DNA of 64,000 bases from the NCBI GenBank assembly GCA_965363765.1, contig CBDTUI010000003.1, positions 1,103 through 65,102 of the forward strand, read 5' to 3'. The notes under the pieces are model-generated. The model searched no databases and was not told the origin of the DNA. It saw only the letters and a program-made list of their open reading frames with translations. This stretch comes from an uncultured Acidimicrobiia bacterium. Lineage in GTDB: Bacteria; Actinomycetota; Acidimicrobiia; Spongiisociales; JAENVV01. The translations under genes were made by a program, and so were the position numbers. Shown here piece by piece: positions 1-9,432 of the stretch (its first letter is position 1; each line of letters opens with the position of its first letter).

Positions 1-2
1 CC

Positions 3-857
3 GTGCTCGTCGTCAACAAGATCCGTGGCGTGTTCGCTTCGGCAGCCGTTAAGGCTCCCGGATTCGGCGAACGTCGCAAGGCCATGATGCAGGACATCGC
101 CATTCTGACGGGTGGAACGGTCATCTCGGAAGAGGTCGGCCTCAAGCTCGATGGCGTCACGCTCGACATGCTCGGTACTTCTCGTAAAGTCATCATCACC
201 AAGGACAACACGACCATGGTTGATGGCGGCGGCACTGAAGCCGATGTCGCAGCTCGCATCAAGCAGATCGAGCGAGAGATCGACAACACTGATTCGGACT
301 GGGATCGTGAGAAGCTCCAAGAGCGCCTCGCCAAGCTCTCCGGTGGTGTGGTTGTGATCAAGGTCGGCGCAGCTACCGAGGTCGAGCTCAAAGAGAAGAA
401 GCACCGTATCGAGGATGCCGTGTCGGCAACTCGTGCGGCTGTCGAAGAAGGCATTGTGCCCGGAGGTGGCGTTGCGCTGCTTCGTGCCGAGGCTGCCATC
501 GACAAGCTTCGTGGTGGAACGGACGACGAGAAGGTCGGCCGTGCCATTGTCCGCAAGGCGCTCGAAGAGCCGCTCCGTCAGATCGCTATCAACGCTGGTG
601 CCGAAGGTGGCGTCGTTGCTGAGCACGTACGCAACTCCGAAGGTGGCTTTGGCTACAACGCTGCCACCGGCAAGTTCGAGGATCTCCTCGAAGCCGGTGT
701 CATCGATCCTGCCAAGGTAACTCGCTCTACCGTCCAGAACGCAGCGTCTATCGCGGCGTTGCTACTAACGACGGAAGGCGTGATTGCCGAGGTCAAGGAA
801 GATGCCCCAGCCGGTGGCGGAGACCACCATGGTGGCGGCGGAGGGATGGACTTCTAA
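3..857 (+). CDS. groEL: Chaperonin GroEL, C-terminal part; the 5' end lies outside the window
   Basis: The translation shows the GroEL apical/equatorial domain (…[16 protein letters not shown]…) and the typical Gly/Met-rich C-terminal tail [14 protein letters not shown]. The ORF is open to the window start. Confidence 0.93.
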   Translation: MLVVNKIRGVFASAAVKAPGFGERRKAMMQDIAILTGGTVISEEVGLKLDGVTLDMLGTSRKVIITKDNTTMVDGGGTEADVAARIKQIEREIDNTDSDWDREKLQERLAKLSGGVVVIKVGAATEVELKEKKHRIEDAVSATRAAVEEGIVPGGGVALLRAEAAIDKLRGGTDDEKVGRAIVRKALEEPLRQIAINAGAEGGVVAEHVRNSEGGFGYNAATGKFEDLLEAGVIDPAKVTRSTVQNAASIAALLLTTEGVIAEVKEDAPAGGGDHHGGGGGMDF

Positions 858-904
858 GTACCGTTTGGTATCGAGAGTTCGTCGCTTTAGCGACATTAAC
901 CAAA

Positions 905-940
905 GTAGCGGGGCCCTTTCGGGCCCCGCTACTTTTTTTG
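905..940 (+). terminator. Rho-independent terminator downstream of groEL
   Basis: A perfect GC-rich hairpin agcggggccc-tttc-gggccccgct is followed by a TTTTTTT run, 50 nt after the groEL stop. Confidence 0.8.
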
Positions 941-1335
941 TGTCGGAGGAGAGAGTCCCGACCAAATGTTGACTAACGAAGGGTGCGGACCATATCCAGA
1001 CGGAGCATGTCAAGTTGCATGCGCGAATCGAGCAGTGAGCTTACGGCGGCTCCAGAAGAGCGCAGTTCCTGATGGTTGTTCCAGGCGGCGAGGAAGTGTT
1101 TGAAGTTGGTGTCGAAATCGGCCACGGCCGATCCTTTCGTAGGGTGTTTTGAGGTTCTCGGCAGAACTATAACAAAGCCTTAGCGCAATGCGACCATCTT
1201 TACTGGTCGTTGGGCGGCCTAGTGGTCGTGGTATAGTGTGTAAGTCTCACATACACCTTTGAAAGTATGATTCACGATGTCAGAGAACGCGAAAAACCAG
1301 CAAACTGCAAGGAATCCGATTCTTTCGGGGGTCAC

Positions 1336-1785
1336 ATGCTCGACGACGTAGGTTGGATGCTGCTCGAGGAGCTACAGCGCAATGGTCGAGCAAGCTATCG
1401 AGACCTGGGTGTCAAGGTTGGCCTCACCGCGCCGGCCGTTGCGGATCGGGTGCGCAAGATGGAGCGCGACGGAATCATTACCGGGTATCGAGCCGAAGTT
1501 GACCACGAGAAACTTGGCGTGCCGATCAGGGCGATCATCCGGGTGAAGACGAGCGCGGCCTCGGTCGGGCTAGTGGACGAAATCGTCCAGGACATGCCAG
1601 AGGTCGTTGAGTGTCATCACGTCACCGGCAGTGAGAACCATGTCATCCGGGCCCGGCTGCGTTCCACCAAACATCTCGAGGAGCTGTTGTACGTGCTGTC
1701 GCCGTACGGCGAAACAGTGACGAACATCGTGATGTCGTCAGCCGTCGACGGGGGAGTCCTGACGAGGGAGATCGCCAACGGGTGA
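1336..1785 (+). CDS. Lrp/AsnC family transcriptional regulator
   Basis: An N-terminal HTH typical of Lrp (MLDDVGWMLLEELQRNGRASYRDLGVKVGLTAPAVADRVRKMERDGII) is followed by a RAM/AsnC_trans C-domain. The annotated ATG at 1267 is probably too far upstream; the ATG at 1336 aligns with Lrp N-termini. Confidence 0.8.
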   Translation: MLDDVGWMLLEELQRNGRASYRDLGVKVGLTAPAVADRVRKMERDGIITGYRAEVDHEKLGVPIRAIIRVKTSAASVGLVDEIVQDMPEVVECHHVTGSENHVIRARLRSTKHLEELLYVLSPYGETVTNIVMSSAVDGGVLTREIANG

Positions 1786-2376
1786 CCCGGCCAACGCCCC
1801 AATGATGGCCGCCTTGGCCTTGTATTCGTGTTCGAGGAGGCTGTAGGCGGTGTGGTCAAGCCACTTGCCATGTACCTCAAGCTCCTCTCTTAGGATGCCT
1901 TCTCTGGTGAAGCCAAGTTTTTCGGCGACGCGCTCGGACGGCTGGTTGCCGACGGCGATTCGCAGGATGATTCGGTGCATGTTGAGTTCCTCAAACCCGA
2001 TTTGCACCATACGAGCGGCGACTTCGGTGGCGATTCCGGTGCGTGACTCGTCAGTTCTAACCCAGTAGCCGACTTCTCCGCTGCGAAACCCGCGCGACAC
2101 AAACCAGATCGAGACGTTGCCGATATGGCGCCTGGGGTCGTCTCTCGTGCGGATCGCGAAGTCGTAGGCCCGTTGCTCTTTGAACGCCCGGATCGAATCA
2201 CGGGTGAATCGCGTCGAGTCCATTCGACCGTAGGAAGAGTTGGCCCATGGAAGGAACTTGGCCAGTTCGGGGAGCGAGGCAGTCACGGCTTCGTAGAGCG
2301 GTTCGGCGTCTCGCTTCTGAAAAGGCCGGAGTTCGAAGCGATCCGTGAATCGGGAGTCGAAAGACAGCTCAGGCAC
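1738..2376 (-). CDS. GNAT family N-acetyltransferase (RimJ/RimL-like)
   Basis: The GNAT fold motifs …HRIILRIAVGNQPSERVAEKLGFTREGILRE… resemble ribosomal-protein-alanine acetyltransferases. Its 3' end overlaps the Lrp gene convergently. Confidence 0.75.
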   Translation of the reverse strand: MPELSFDSRFTDRFELRPFQKRDAEPLYEAVTASLPELAKFLPWANSSYGRMDSTRFTRDSIRAFKEQRAYDFAIRTRDDPRRHIGNVSIWFVSRGFRSGEVGYWVRTDESRTGIATEVAARMVQIGFEELNMHRIILRIAVGNQPSERVAEKLGFTREGILREELEVHGKWLDHTAYSLLEHEYKAKAAIIGALAGSPVGDLPRQDSPVDG

Positions 2377-2419
2377 AGCAGTTCACCGAGTCGACCCTAG
2401 CGGGTCGTATGATGACCCG

Positions 2420-2956
2420 ATGGATCATCGTGAGGAGTACCCGGGCTTGGTTGAGCACGTCCCACCTCCCGACGGTACACAGCGAGCTGCCGTCCTGGTG
2501 GCGTTGTACCCCGATGGCGAGGACGTCCGGGTGGTGCTGACAAAACGTCCGCTCACGATGCCCACCCATGCCGGTCACATCGCCTTTCCAGGCGGGCGGG
2601 CCGATCCCGGGGACGCCGACGAAGTCGCCACGGCCCTACGAGAAGCCCATGAGGAAATGGGAATCGAGCCGAATTCGGTTGAAGTCATCGGATTCCTCCC
2701 GTCCATCCACACGGTTCAGTTTGCACTGTGGGTGGTGCCAGTTGTGGGTTTGCTCGGGCCCGACCCGGTTCTGATTCCTTCTGAGCGAGAAGTGGCCAGG
2801 GTCCTGCTTCCGACGCTGGCCGATCTGGCTCGCCCAGAGGCGTGGCGGTTCGAGCGATGGAACGGCCACCAGGTCTGGTTTTATGACCTGGAGGGTGAGC
2901 TGCTTTGGGGAGCGACGGCCACGATGATTCGTCAGTTGCTTGGGATGAGCAGCTGA
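2420..2956 (+). CDS. NUDIX hydrolase, CoA pyrophosphatase-like
   Basis: A Nudix box GGRADPGDADEVATALREAHEEMGIEP is present. The start is placed at the internal ATG (MDHREEY) to avoid a 30-nt divergent overlap with the GNAT gene; a start at 2345 is also possible. Confidence 0.75.
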   Translation: MDHREEYPGLVEHVPPPDGTQRAAVLVALYPDGEDVRVVLTKRPLTMPTHAGHIAFPGGRADPGDADEVATALREAHEEMGIEPNSVEVIGFLPSIHTVQFALWVVPVVGLLGPDPVLIPSEREVARVLLPTLADLARPEAWRFERWNGHQVWFYDLEGELLWGATATMIRQLLGMSS

Positions 2957-3693
2957 AACGATTCCAGCATCGCGTTGAACGTTTCGAGTTCCGACTCGTC
3001 GTCAGCTGCGAAATTGATGACCCACACATGTTCTGCGTCGATGAGGAACACCGACGCCTGGAATAGCCGCGGGATCGTCCCGCTTCCGGTGCGACTGGAG
3101 ATCTTCACGCCGGCGAGTCCATCGACTGGCACTTCGTTTGTCACGATGTCGACGAGCCCGAGCGTCGTCAGCTGGCCGACGGCCGTCTCAGTTAGCGACT
3201 GGAGTGTCACCTCGGGTTGGCGGGCGAGTCGAATGACCTGGATGTTTTCGTTGAACGCCGATGGCCCGGGACTCTGTGCCCACAACGCCGTAGAAGCAGC
3301 GATCGACTCGGCATCCTCGACGAGAGCCGTTCCAGTAACTCCCGTCAGGGTGCCGGTGACTTTCTCGCCAAGGCTGCTGAGCTCTTCGGCCGAGGGAGTG
3401 AGCAGAATCCAGTCGGGTGGGATGGTCATCCGGAAGTCACCAAACCGGCTTTCGACGGCCTTGGGAGCGGAGGTCGATCCTGCTTCTCCGTTGCTGTCAC
3501 CGGTGGAACCCACCGTGGTCGTCGTCACAACATAAGAGGTGGCGGGGGCGATCGTCGTTGGTCGAGTCACCTCAGCGACTGACGCCTTTGAAATGATGGT
3601 GCTCGAGCATCCGGCTAGAACCAGAACACCCAGGCCGAAGCACGACCAGCGCAGTTTCGTTTGCGAAACTGCGCTGCGAGGCTTGCGTCGCAC
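2932..3693 (-). CDS. Hypothetical secreted lipoprotein
   Basis: An internal GTG start yields (M)RRKPRSAVSQTKLRWSCFGLGVLVLAGCSS, i.e. a positive N-region, a hydrophobic core and an LAGC lipobox. The longer annotated ORF (to 3819) overlaps the 3' end of the upstream synthase gene. There are no recognisable catalytic motifs. Confidence 0.55.
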   Translation of the reverse strand: MRRKPRSAVSQTKLRWSCFGLGVLVLAGCSSTIISKASVAEVTRPTTIAPATSYVVTTTTVGSTGDSNGEAGSTSAPKAVESRFGDFRMTIPPDWILLTPSAEELSSLGEKVTGTLTGVTGTALVEDAESIAASTALWAQSPGPSAFNENIQVIRLARQPEVTLQSLTETAVGQLTTLGLVDIVTNEVPVDGLAGVKISSRTGSGTIPRLFQASVFLIDAEHVWVINFAADDESELETFNAMLESFQLLIPSN

Positions 3694-3715
3694 GATGGCC
3701 AGGCAGTGGCTTGGT

Positions 3716-5275
3716 CTAGGCGTGGCGGAGCAGGCCGACGATGAGGCCCTCGGTGATCGCTTTCCAGGAGGCCTCGATGACGTTTTCATGTACGCCGATC
3801 GTACCCCAGGCAGTTTCATGATCGGCGGTTTCTACGAGTACCCGGACTCGGGCGCCGGTGGAATCCTTAGAGTCGAGGACCCGGACGCGATAGTCGGTGA
3901 GATGCAGATTCTCTACCGCCGGGTAGGTGCCGCGTAGCGCCGCTTTGAGGGCTTGATCGAGGGCGTGCACCGGCCCGACGCCCTCACCGGTTGTAACGAC
4001 CCGTTCGCCGTTGACGAAAACCTTTACGGTCGCTTCGGCGACGACCTCTTCGTGGGCTCGTCGTTCGGTGAAAACCCTGAACGATTCGAGTTTGAAGAAC
4101 GACTGCTCCCAGCCAGACATTTCCCTCACGAGAAGTTCAAAGCTGCCATCGGCCGCTTCAAAGTGATAACCCTCATGTTCGAGTTCCTTGATCCGATCGA
4201 TGATTCGCCTGGCGAAGTCATCGTCAACCTCGAGTCCGAGCTCTTCGGCCTTCGAGAGAATGCTGGCTTTCCCGGCCAACTCCGAAACCACCATCCGGGT
4301 CCGGTTCCCGACATTGGCGGGGTCGGTGTGTTCGTAGGCGTCCGGGCGGCGAGCCAGGGCTGAGGTGTGGAGTCCAGCCTTGTGGGTGAAAGCCGACGAC
4401 CCGACGTAGGGGTGGTGCGGAGCGAGGGAGACGTTGACCACCTCGGCGATATGGTGGGCGATCGACGACAGGCGTGAGAGGCTCTTGTCGCCGAGGACGT
4501 CGATGCCCATTTTGATGGAAAGGTCGGGCAATAGGGTGGAGAAGTCAGCGTTGCCGGTTCGCTCACCGTAACCGTTGATGCATCCCTGTACCTGGCGCAC
4601 GCCAGCCTCGACGGCGGCGATCGACGACGCTACGGCACAACCTGCGTCGTTGTGAAAATGCACGCCCAACTCGGCGTTCGGCAGAGTGGTCTGGACGGTT
4701 TGGAGAGTTTTGACGATGTCATGGGGGAGCCGGCCGCCGTTGGTGTCGCACAGCACAAGCCTTTCGGCTCCTGCTTCGGAAGCAGCCTTCAGTACGGTGA
4801 CTGCGAAGTCCGGGTTGCTGGAGTAACCGTCAAAGAAGTGTTCGGCGTCAAAAAAGACCCGGCGATCATGGGATCGGAGGAATTCGACCGACTCGGCGAC
4901 CATCCGAACCCCCTCGTCGAGATCGGCCCGCAGCGCCTCAAGGACGTGATAATCCCAGGCCTTGCCGACGATGCATACAACTTCGGTCTCGGCCTCGAGC
5001 AAGGCCCGAAGCTGGGGGTCGCCAGCCGTAGTTGAACGGGGACGGCGGGTCGATCCGAAAGCCGTCAGGGTGGCGTGAGACAGGTTGAGCTCGGAAACGG
5101 CTCGTTTGAAGAACTCGTCGTCCTTGGGGTTGGCACCCGGCCATCCGCCCTCCACATAGTCGACGCCGAGTTCGTCGAGGAGGCCGGCGATGCGCAGCTT
5201 GTCGCCGACCGTCAGCGATATGCCTTCCTGTTGCGATCCATCGCGCAGTGTTGTGTCGTAAATTTCAAGTGTCAT
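3716..5275 (-). CDS. cimA: Citramalate synthase / 2-isopropylmalate synthase family enzyme (LeuA-related short form, CimA-type)
   Basis: MTLEIYDTTLRDGSQQEGISLTVGDKLRIAGLLDELGVDYVEGGWPGANPKDDEFF matches the DRE-TIM metallolyase (LeuA/CimA/NifV) N-terminus. The 'YVEGGWPG-NPKD' signature and ~520 aa length match the LeuA-related citramalate synthase subgroup. The start is placed at the ATG (MTLEIY) rather than the upstream TTG. Confidence 0.8.
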   Translation of the reverse strand: MTLEIYDTTLRDGSQQEGISLTVGDKLRIAGLLDELGVDYVEGGWPGANPKDDEFFKRAVSELNLSHATLTAFGSTRRPRSTTAGDPQLRALLEAETEVVCIVGKAWDYHVLEALRADLDEGVRMVAESVEFLRSHDRRVFFDAEHFFDGYSSNPDFAVTVLKAASEAGAERLVLCDTNGGRLPHDIVKTLQTVQTTLPNAELGVHFHNDAGCAVASSIAAVEAGVRQVQGCINGYGERTGNADFSTLLPDLSIKMGIDVLGDKSLSRLSSIAHHIAEVVNVSLAPHHPYVGSSAFTHKAGLHTSALARRPDAYEHTDPANVGNRTRMVVSELAGKASILSKAEELGLEVDDDFARRIIDRIKELEHEGYHFEAADGSFELLVREMSGWEQSFFKLESFRVFTERRAHEEVVAEATVKVFVNGERVVTTGEGVGPVHALDQALKAALRGTYPAVENLHLTDYRVRVLDSKDSTGARVRVLVETADHETAWGTIGVHENVIEASWKAITEGLIVGLLRHA

Positions 5276-5306
5276 GCAATTCCTTCTGGGCAATTCCTTC
5301 TGGCAA

Positions 5307-5336
5307 CAAAAAACCCCTCGCCAGGCGAAGGGTTTC
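5307..5336 (-). terminator. Intrinsic terminator (attenuator) between the leader ORF and the cimA start
   Basis: The minus strand reads aaacccttcgcc-tggc-gaggggttttttgttgcc: an 8-bp GC stem, a 4-nt loop and a U6 tract, ~30 nt upstream of the cimA start codon. Confidence 0.6.
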
Positions 5337-5338
5337 AG

Positions 5339-5396
5339 CGCATACGGCAGGGTATGCGCCTAGACGATAATGATGACGTTGATAGCGACGGTCACG
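5339..5396 (-). promoter_or_regulatory. Putative Ile/Val-rich leader peptide ORF plus upstream hairpin of a cimA transcription attenuator
   Basis: The minus strand carries the ORF gtg acc gtc gct atc aac gtc atc att atc gtc tag, i.e. (M)TVAINVIIIV*. The stop is immediately followed by the hairpin gcgcata-ccctgccg-tatgcgc and then the terminator above. The longer 70-aa version of this ORF in the supplied track ends with the same IIIV. Confidence 0.4.
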
Positions 5397-5681
5397 ATGC
5401 CAGTATTGCGTCGGCCGTTGCGGCGGTCAAATGTTCTCTGGAACTTGCGCGCAGAACGTGATAGACCTGAGTATGGAATCGGGACGGATGGGGATGTTCC
5501 GAGCAAGCGATGTGGGCAGGGCAAAGGCCAGTGAGAGTTGCAAAAATCGGACAAAAAAGAGTGGCGAACCACGCTAGGCGGCTCGCCACTCCTTCATTCC
5601 CCCTTGAGCGTGTGGACTTTCCCAAGCTCACAACAGGCGTCATAGTAGTAGGTATGATGTTGGCGCTGCAACTGGAAATCT

Positions 5682-6389
5682 ATGTCTGATAGTCGTGAGG
5701 TTCTCTTGGATGCCGCATGGCATCTTGTGGTCGAGTCTTTCGGCTTCGAACCAGCTGTTCCTGAGCCAGGTGGGCGCGTTAGCGCAAAGATTCTTGAGCA
5801 ACTCAAAGCCGCTGATATAGCGTCGCGGGCGCAGATGACGACCGGCGCGTTTTACAACCGTTGGCCGAATCGGGAAGCGTTCCTCGCTGAGTTCCTTGAC
5901 TATGCGTTGTCGGTTGATCGATCACCGACCTTCGATGCGATCGCGGCCGCCTACGCCGTAATCGGCGACCTTCCGCTACTTGAGCAGATCGAACGATTGG
6001 CCGTCGCCAACTTCGAAGCCATGTCGGTAAATCCGAGCTTTGCGATCCAAACGCATTTGTGGTCACTCATGCGGAGTCGCCCTGATATTCGGGACCGGAT
6101 GGAGATGATGTATCGGGACTTTCGCGATCCGATGGTTCCCATCTACGAGGCGATCCTGGTCGGTCTTGGTAGGCAACTGCGCGAACCGCTGACAATGCCC
6201 CAGTTGTCGAACATCATGGTCGGCCTCGCCGAAGGGATGACGATGCAGATCGTGGTTGGTGGCGAGGCCGGACCGACGAAAGAAACCTATGTTCTGGCTC
6301 TTCAGGCGCTGCTCCCAGTACTGACGAGATCACTCGATGACAGCCGGACCATTTCTCAGGTTGTCGCCGATGCCGCCGACCATGGCTAG
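5682..6389 (+). CDS. TetR family transcriptional regulator (putative)
   Basis: The N-terminus LLDAAWHLVVESFGFEP…ASRAQMTTGAFYNRWPNREAF resembles the TetR_N HTH. It is divergent from the cimA leader region. Confidence 0.55.
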   Translation: MSDSREVLLDAAWHLVVESFGFEPAVPEPGGRVSAKILEQLKAADIASRAQMTTGAFYNRWPNREAFLAEFLDYALSVDRSPTFDAIAAAYAVIGDLPLLEQIERLAVANFEAMSVNPSFAIQTHLWSLMRSRPDIRDRMEMMYRDFRDPMVPIYEAILVGLGRQLREPLTMPQLSNIMVGLAEGMTMQIVVGGEAGPTKETYVLALQALLPVLTRSLDDSRTISQVVADAADHG

Positions 6390-6549
6390 TGCTCTGTCCA
6401 GTAACGTTGGCGAGGGTCAGGGCGAGTCAGCGTCGTTATCCGGCCAGGACGCACGACGCAGGCGCACTTGACCCGTTCGTCGAGGAGGAGGACACAGCTG
6501 GGGGCGGCGATGGCCGTTCTGAACCCGTCAGACGTTGATGGACGGGGCA

Positions 6550-9240
6550 CTAGATGAGCCAGGGAGCCGGGCTGTCCTGGTTGAGGTCGTATGACTTCAG
6601 GGCCTCGGTGACCACCGAACTATCGATGGTTCCGGCATTGGCCAGGCGACCAAGGGTCGTCACCACGATATGGGCCGCGTCGATTTCGAAGAAGCGACGC
6701 AGATTGGGTCGGGTGTCGGATCGTCCAAAACCGTCGGTTCCGAGCGAGGTGTAGTCCCGTTTTACGAACCTTGAGATCTGATCAGGCACCGCTCTCATGA
6801 AATCGGTCACCGCCACGATGGGTCCGGGTGCGTCTGCCAAGGCCTTGGTCACGTAAGCCGTCCGGGGTGGGTCGTCGGGGTGCAGTCGATTCCACCGATC
6901 GACCTCAAGGGCATCGGTGCGAAGCTTGTTGAACGAGGTGGCTGACCACAGGTCCACTCCGATTTCGAACCGGTCGGCCAGTTCGGCCTGCGCCTGGCGG
7001 GCGGCCCCTTGGGCCGAACCCGAGAAAAGGATCGTGGCCTGCGAATCGATTGGGCTGTCGCTCCACTTGTACAAGCCGGCGAGAATTCCGGCCTCGGTCC
7101 CTGGCTGCATCGGCGGCATGGCGTAGTTCTCGTTATAGAGGGTGATGTAATAGAAGATGTCTTCGGGGTTTTCGCCGTACATACGACGGAGTCCGTCCTC
7201 AATCACGACGCCCATCTCGTAGGCAAACGCCGGGTCGTAACTCTCAACGAAGGGCACCGTGGACGACAAGACCAGGCTGTGGCCGTCCTGGTGCTGGAGT
7301 CCTTCCCCTTGCAGGGTGGTCCGGCCGGCGGTGGCTGCCATCATAAAACCGCGTACCCGCGCATCAGAGGCTGCCCAGATCAAATCGCCGACCCGTTGGA
7401 ACCCAAACATCGAATAGAACGTGAAGAAGGGAACCATCGGCACGCCCCGAGTGGCGTATGAGGCGCCGGCGGCAGTGAAACTCGCCATCGACCCGGCCTC
7501 AGTGATTCCTTCTTCCAGAATCTGACCATTCTTTCGCTCGGTGTAGGAAAGCAACATGTCGGCGTCGACTGGCTGGTACTTCTGCCCTTGCGACGCATAG
7601 ATCCCGAACTCCCTGAACAGCGAATCCATGCCGAAAGTCCGAGCTTCGTCAGGAATGATCGGCACGACTCGTTTCCCGAAGCCCTCGTCGCGCAACAAGG
7701 TGCGGAGCAGTCGCGTAAACGCCATTGTGGTTGAGGCTTCGACCTTGCCACTTCCGGCTTTGACCTCGTCGAATGTTGACGCGGGCGGCAACTGAAGGGG
7801 GCGACGGTCTCTGACGATCCGTTGCGGGACTGGTCCGTCGAGGGCGGTTCGCCGCTGCGTCATGTACTTGTACTCCGGCGAATCTTCGGCGGGGCGGTAG
7901 TAGGGCGGTTCGGCGTCTCCTTCGAGCGCTTCTACGGGAATGTCGTCTTCGAGATGAAGCCGTTCCCGCAGGGTCTGAAGCTGTTTGTTCGTGAGCTCTT
8001 TGATCTGATGGGTGGCGTTACGTCCCTCGACATCAGGCCCGAGCGTCCACCCTTTGATGGTCTTGGCGAGAATGACGGTGGGGGCGCCCTTGAGTTCGGT
8101 AGCAGCCCGATAGGCGGCGTACACCTTGTGAGGGTCGAGGCCACCGCGACGCAGTGCCCACACCTCATCGTCGCTCATATGTTCGACGAGCTTGCGCAAG
8201 CGAGGGTCGGGTCCGAAAAAGTGCTCTCTGACGTAGGCGCCCGACTCGGTCTTATATCGTTGGTATTCGCCGTCGACGGTGCTGTTCATCTTGTTGACTA
8301 GAACGCCGTCAACATCGGAGGCCAGCAGAGCGTCCCATTCCGAGCCCCAGATCACCTTGATGACGTTCCACCCGGCACCGCGGAAGATGGCTTCAAGCTC
8401 CTGGATGATCTTGCCGTTGCCGCGGACCGGGCCGTCGAGTCGTTGCAAGTTGCAGTTGATGACCCAGGTCAGATTGTCGAGGTTCTCCCGAGCGGCCAGG
8501 GATATCGAGCCGAGGGTCTCGGGTTCGTCGACCTCTCCGTCGCCGATGAAACACCAAATACGTGATTCGGCGGTGTCGTCAAGTTGGCGGTTGTGCAGAT
8601 ATTTGTTGAAGCGAGCGTGATAGATGGAGTTGATCGGGCCGAGTCCCATGGAGACGGTCGGGAACTCCCAGAAGTCAGGCATCAACCGGGGATGGGGGTA
8701 GCTCGATAGACCGTTGCCACCGATTTCCTGGCGGAAGTTGTCGAGCTGTTCGGTGCTCAGGCGCCCGCCCATATAGGCCCGTGCGTACGCTCCGGGAGCC
8801 GCATGCCCCTGGAAATAGACGCTGTCACCAGGAAGTCCGTCCTCCTTGCCGTGGAAGAAGTGGTTGTAGCCGACTTCATAAAGAATCGCCGAGGAGGCGA
8901 ACGAGGAGAGATGGCCCCCGATGCCATGATCTTCGAGATTCGCTTTGATGACCATGACCGCCGCATTCCAGCGTACGAAACGGCGGATCCGCTTTTCGAG
9001 GAAGTCGTCGCCCGGATAGAAGGGTTCCTGTTCGGGCGGGATCGTGTTTACGTAAGGGGTCGACACTGCCGCTGGGACACCAACATTCAGCTCGCGAGCT
9101 CGCACGAGCAGTTTCGTCATGAGAAATCGAGCCCGGTCCTGTCCCCGGGCTCCGGCGACGGCATCTAGCGAGTCAATCCACTCCTGAGTCTCGTCCGGGT
9201 CGCTGTCCGGCAGTGCGTGGCTGAAACCATCGATGATCAT
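6550..9240 (-). CDS. aceE: Pyruvate dehydrogenase E1 component, homodimeric type
   Basis: The 896-aa product contains TPP-binding motifs (…GDGEVDEPETLGSI…) and aligns with AceE over its whole length. Confidence 0.93.
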   Translation of the reverse strand: MIIDGFSHALPDSDPDETQEWIDSLDAVAGARGQDRARFLMTKLLVRARELNVGVPAAVSTPYVNTIPPEQEPFYPGDDFLEKRIRRFVRWNAAVMVIKANLEDHGIGGHLSSFASSAILYEVGYNHFFHGKEDGLPGDSVYFQGHAAPGAYARAYMGGRLSTEQLDNFRQEIGGNGLSSYPHPRLMPDFWEFPTVSMGLGPINSIYHARFNKYLHNRQLDDTAESRIWCFIGDGEVDEPETLGSISLAARENLDNLTWVINCNLQRLDGPVRGNGKIIQELEAIFRGAGWNVIKVIWGSEWDALLASDVDGVLVNKMNSTVDGEYQRYKTESGAYVREHFFGPDPRLRKLVEHMSDDEVWALRRGGLDPHKVYAAYRAATELKGAPTVILAKTIKGWTLGPDVEGRNATHQIKELTNKQLQTLRERLHLEDDIPVEALEGDAEPPYYRPAEDSPEYKYMTQRRTALDGPVPQRIVRDRRPLQLPPASTFDEVKAGSGKVEASTTMAFTRLLRTLLRDEGFGKRVVPIIPDEARTFGMDSLFREFGIYASQGQKYQPVDADMLLSYTERKNGQILEEGITEAGSMASFTAAGASYATRGVPMVPFFTFYSMFGFQRVGDLIWAASDARVRGFMMAATAGRTTLQGEGLQHQDGHSLVLSSTVPFVESYDPAFAYEMGVVIEDGLRRMYGENPEDIFYYITLYNENYAMPPMQPGTEAGILAGLYKWSDSPIDSQATILFSGSAQGAARQAQAELADRFEIGVDLWSATSFNKLRTDALEVDRWNRLHPDDPPRTAYVTKALADAPGPIVAVTDFMRAVPDQISRFVKRDYTSLGTDGFGRSDTRPNLRRFFEIDAAHIVVTTLGRLANAGTIDSSVVTEALKSYDLNQDSPAPWLI

Positions 9241-9267
9241 CGGATTCCTCTGAAAGAGCGGAGTTGA

Positions 9268-9432
9268 ATGTCTGGCAAGCCTAACGGCTGGTGGCGTTAC
9301 GGGCTCGGTGAGATTGTGGTTCCTTGCGGGCGGCGGCGCGCCCCCGTATCATCGCCCCATGAGAACGGGGCCGGCTCAATCAGCGAGCTGGCTTTCCTTT
9401 TGAAGATCCTGGAACATGATTACGGAATATAA
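9268..9432 (+). promoter_or_regulatory. Putative upstream leader ORF with tandem Trp codons in the trpS 5' region
   Basis: ATG at 9268 with GGAG 5 nt upstream encodes MSGKPNGWWRYGLGEIVVPCGRRRAPVSSPHENGAGSISELAFLLKILEHDYGI*. The tgg tgg pair is at codons 8–9, and the ORF ends 9 nt before the trpS start, overlapping its AAGGAG ribosome-binding site. Confidence 0.3.
9370..9402 (+). terminator. Terminator-like hairpin plus U-rich tract inside the trpS leader
   Basis: gccggctc-aatcagc-gagctggc forms an 8-bp stem with one G·U pair, followed by tttccttttg, ~40 nt upstream of the trpS start. It is preceded by a second hairpin gcccc-atgagaac-ggggc. Confidence 0.35.

Noticed and set aside
5360-5572. 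The 70-aa version of the cimA-upstream ORF as an ordinary protein-coding gene
   Set aside because: Its GTG start lies inside a GC hairpin with no ribosome-binding site, and its composition is Arg/Pro-rich apart from the Ile/Val tail. Only the 3' end (…TVAINVIIIV) is considered meaningful, as a leader peptide.
6390-6549. Bidirectional terminator between convergent tetR-like gene and aceE
   Set aside because: A hairpin cccgtc-N11-gacggg exists but has a long loop and no flanking U-tract on either strand, which is insufficient for an intrinsic terminator call.
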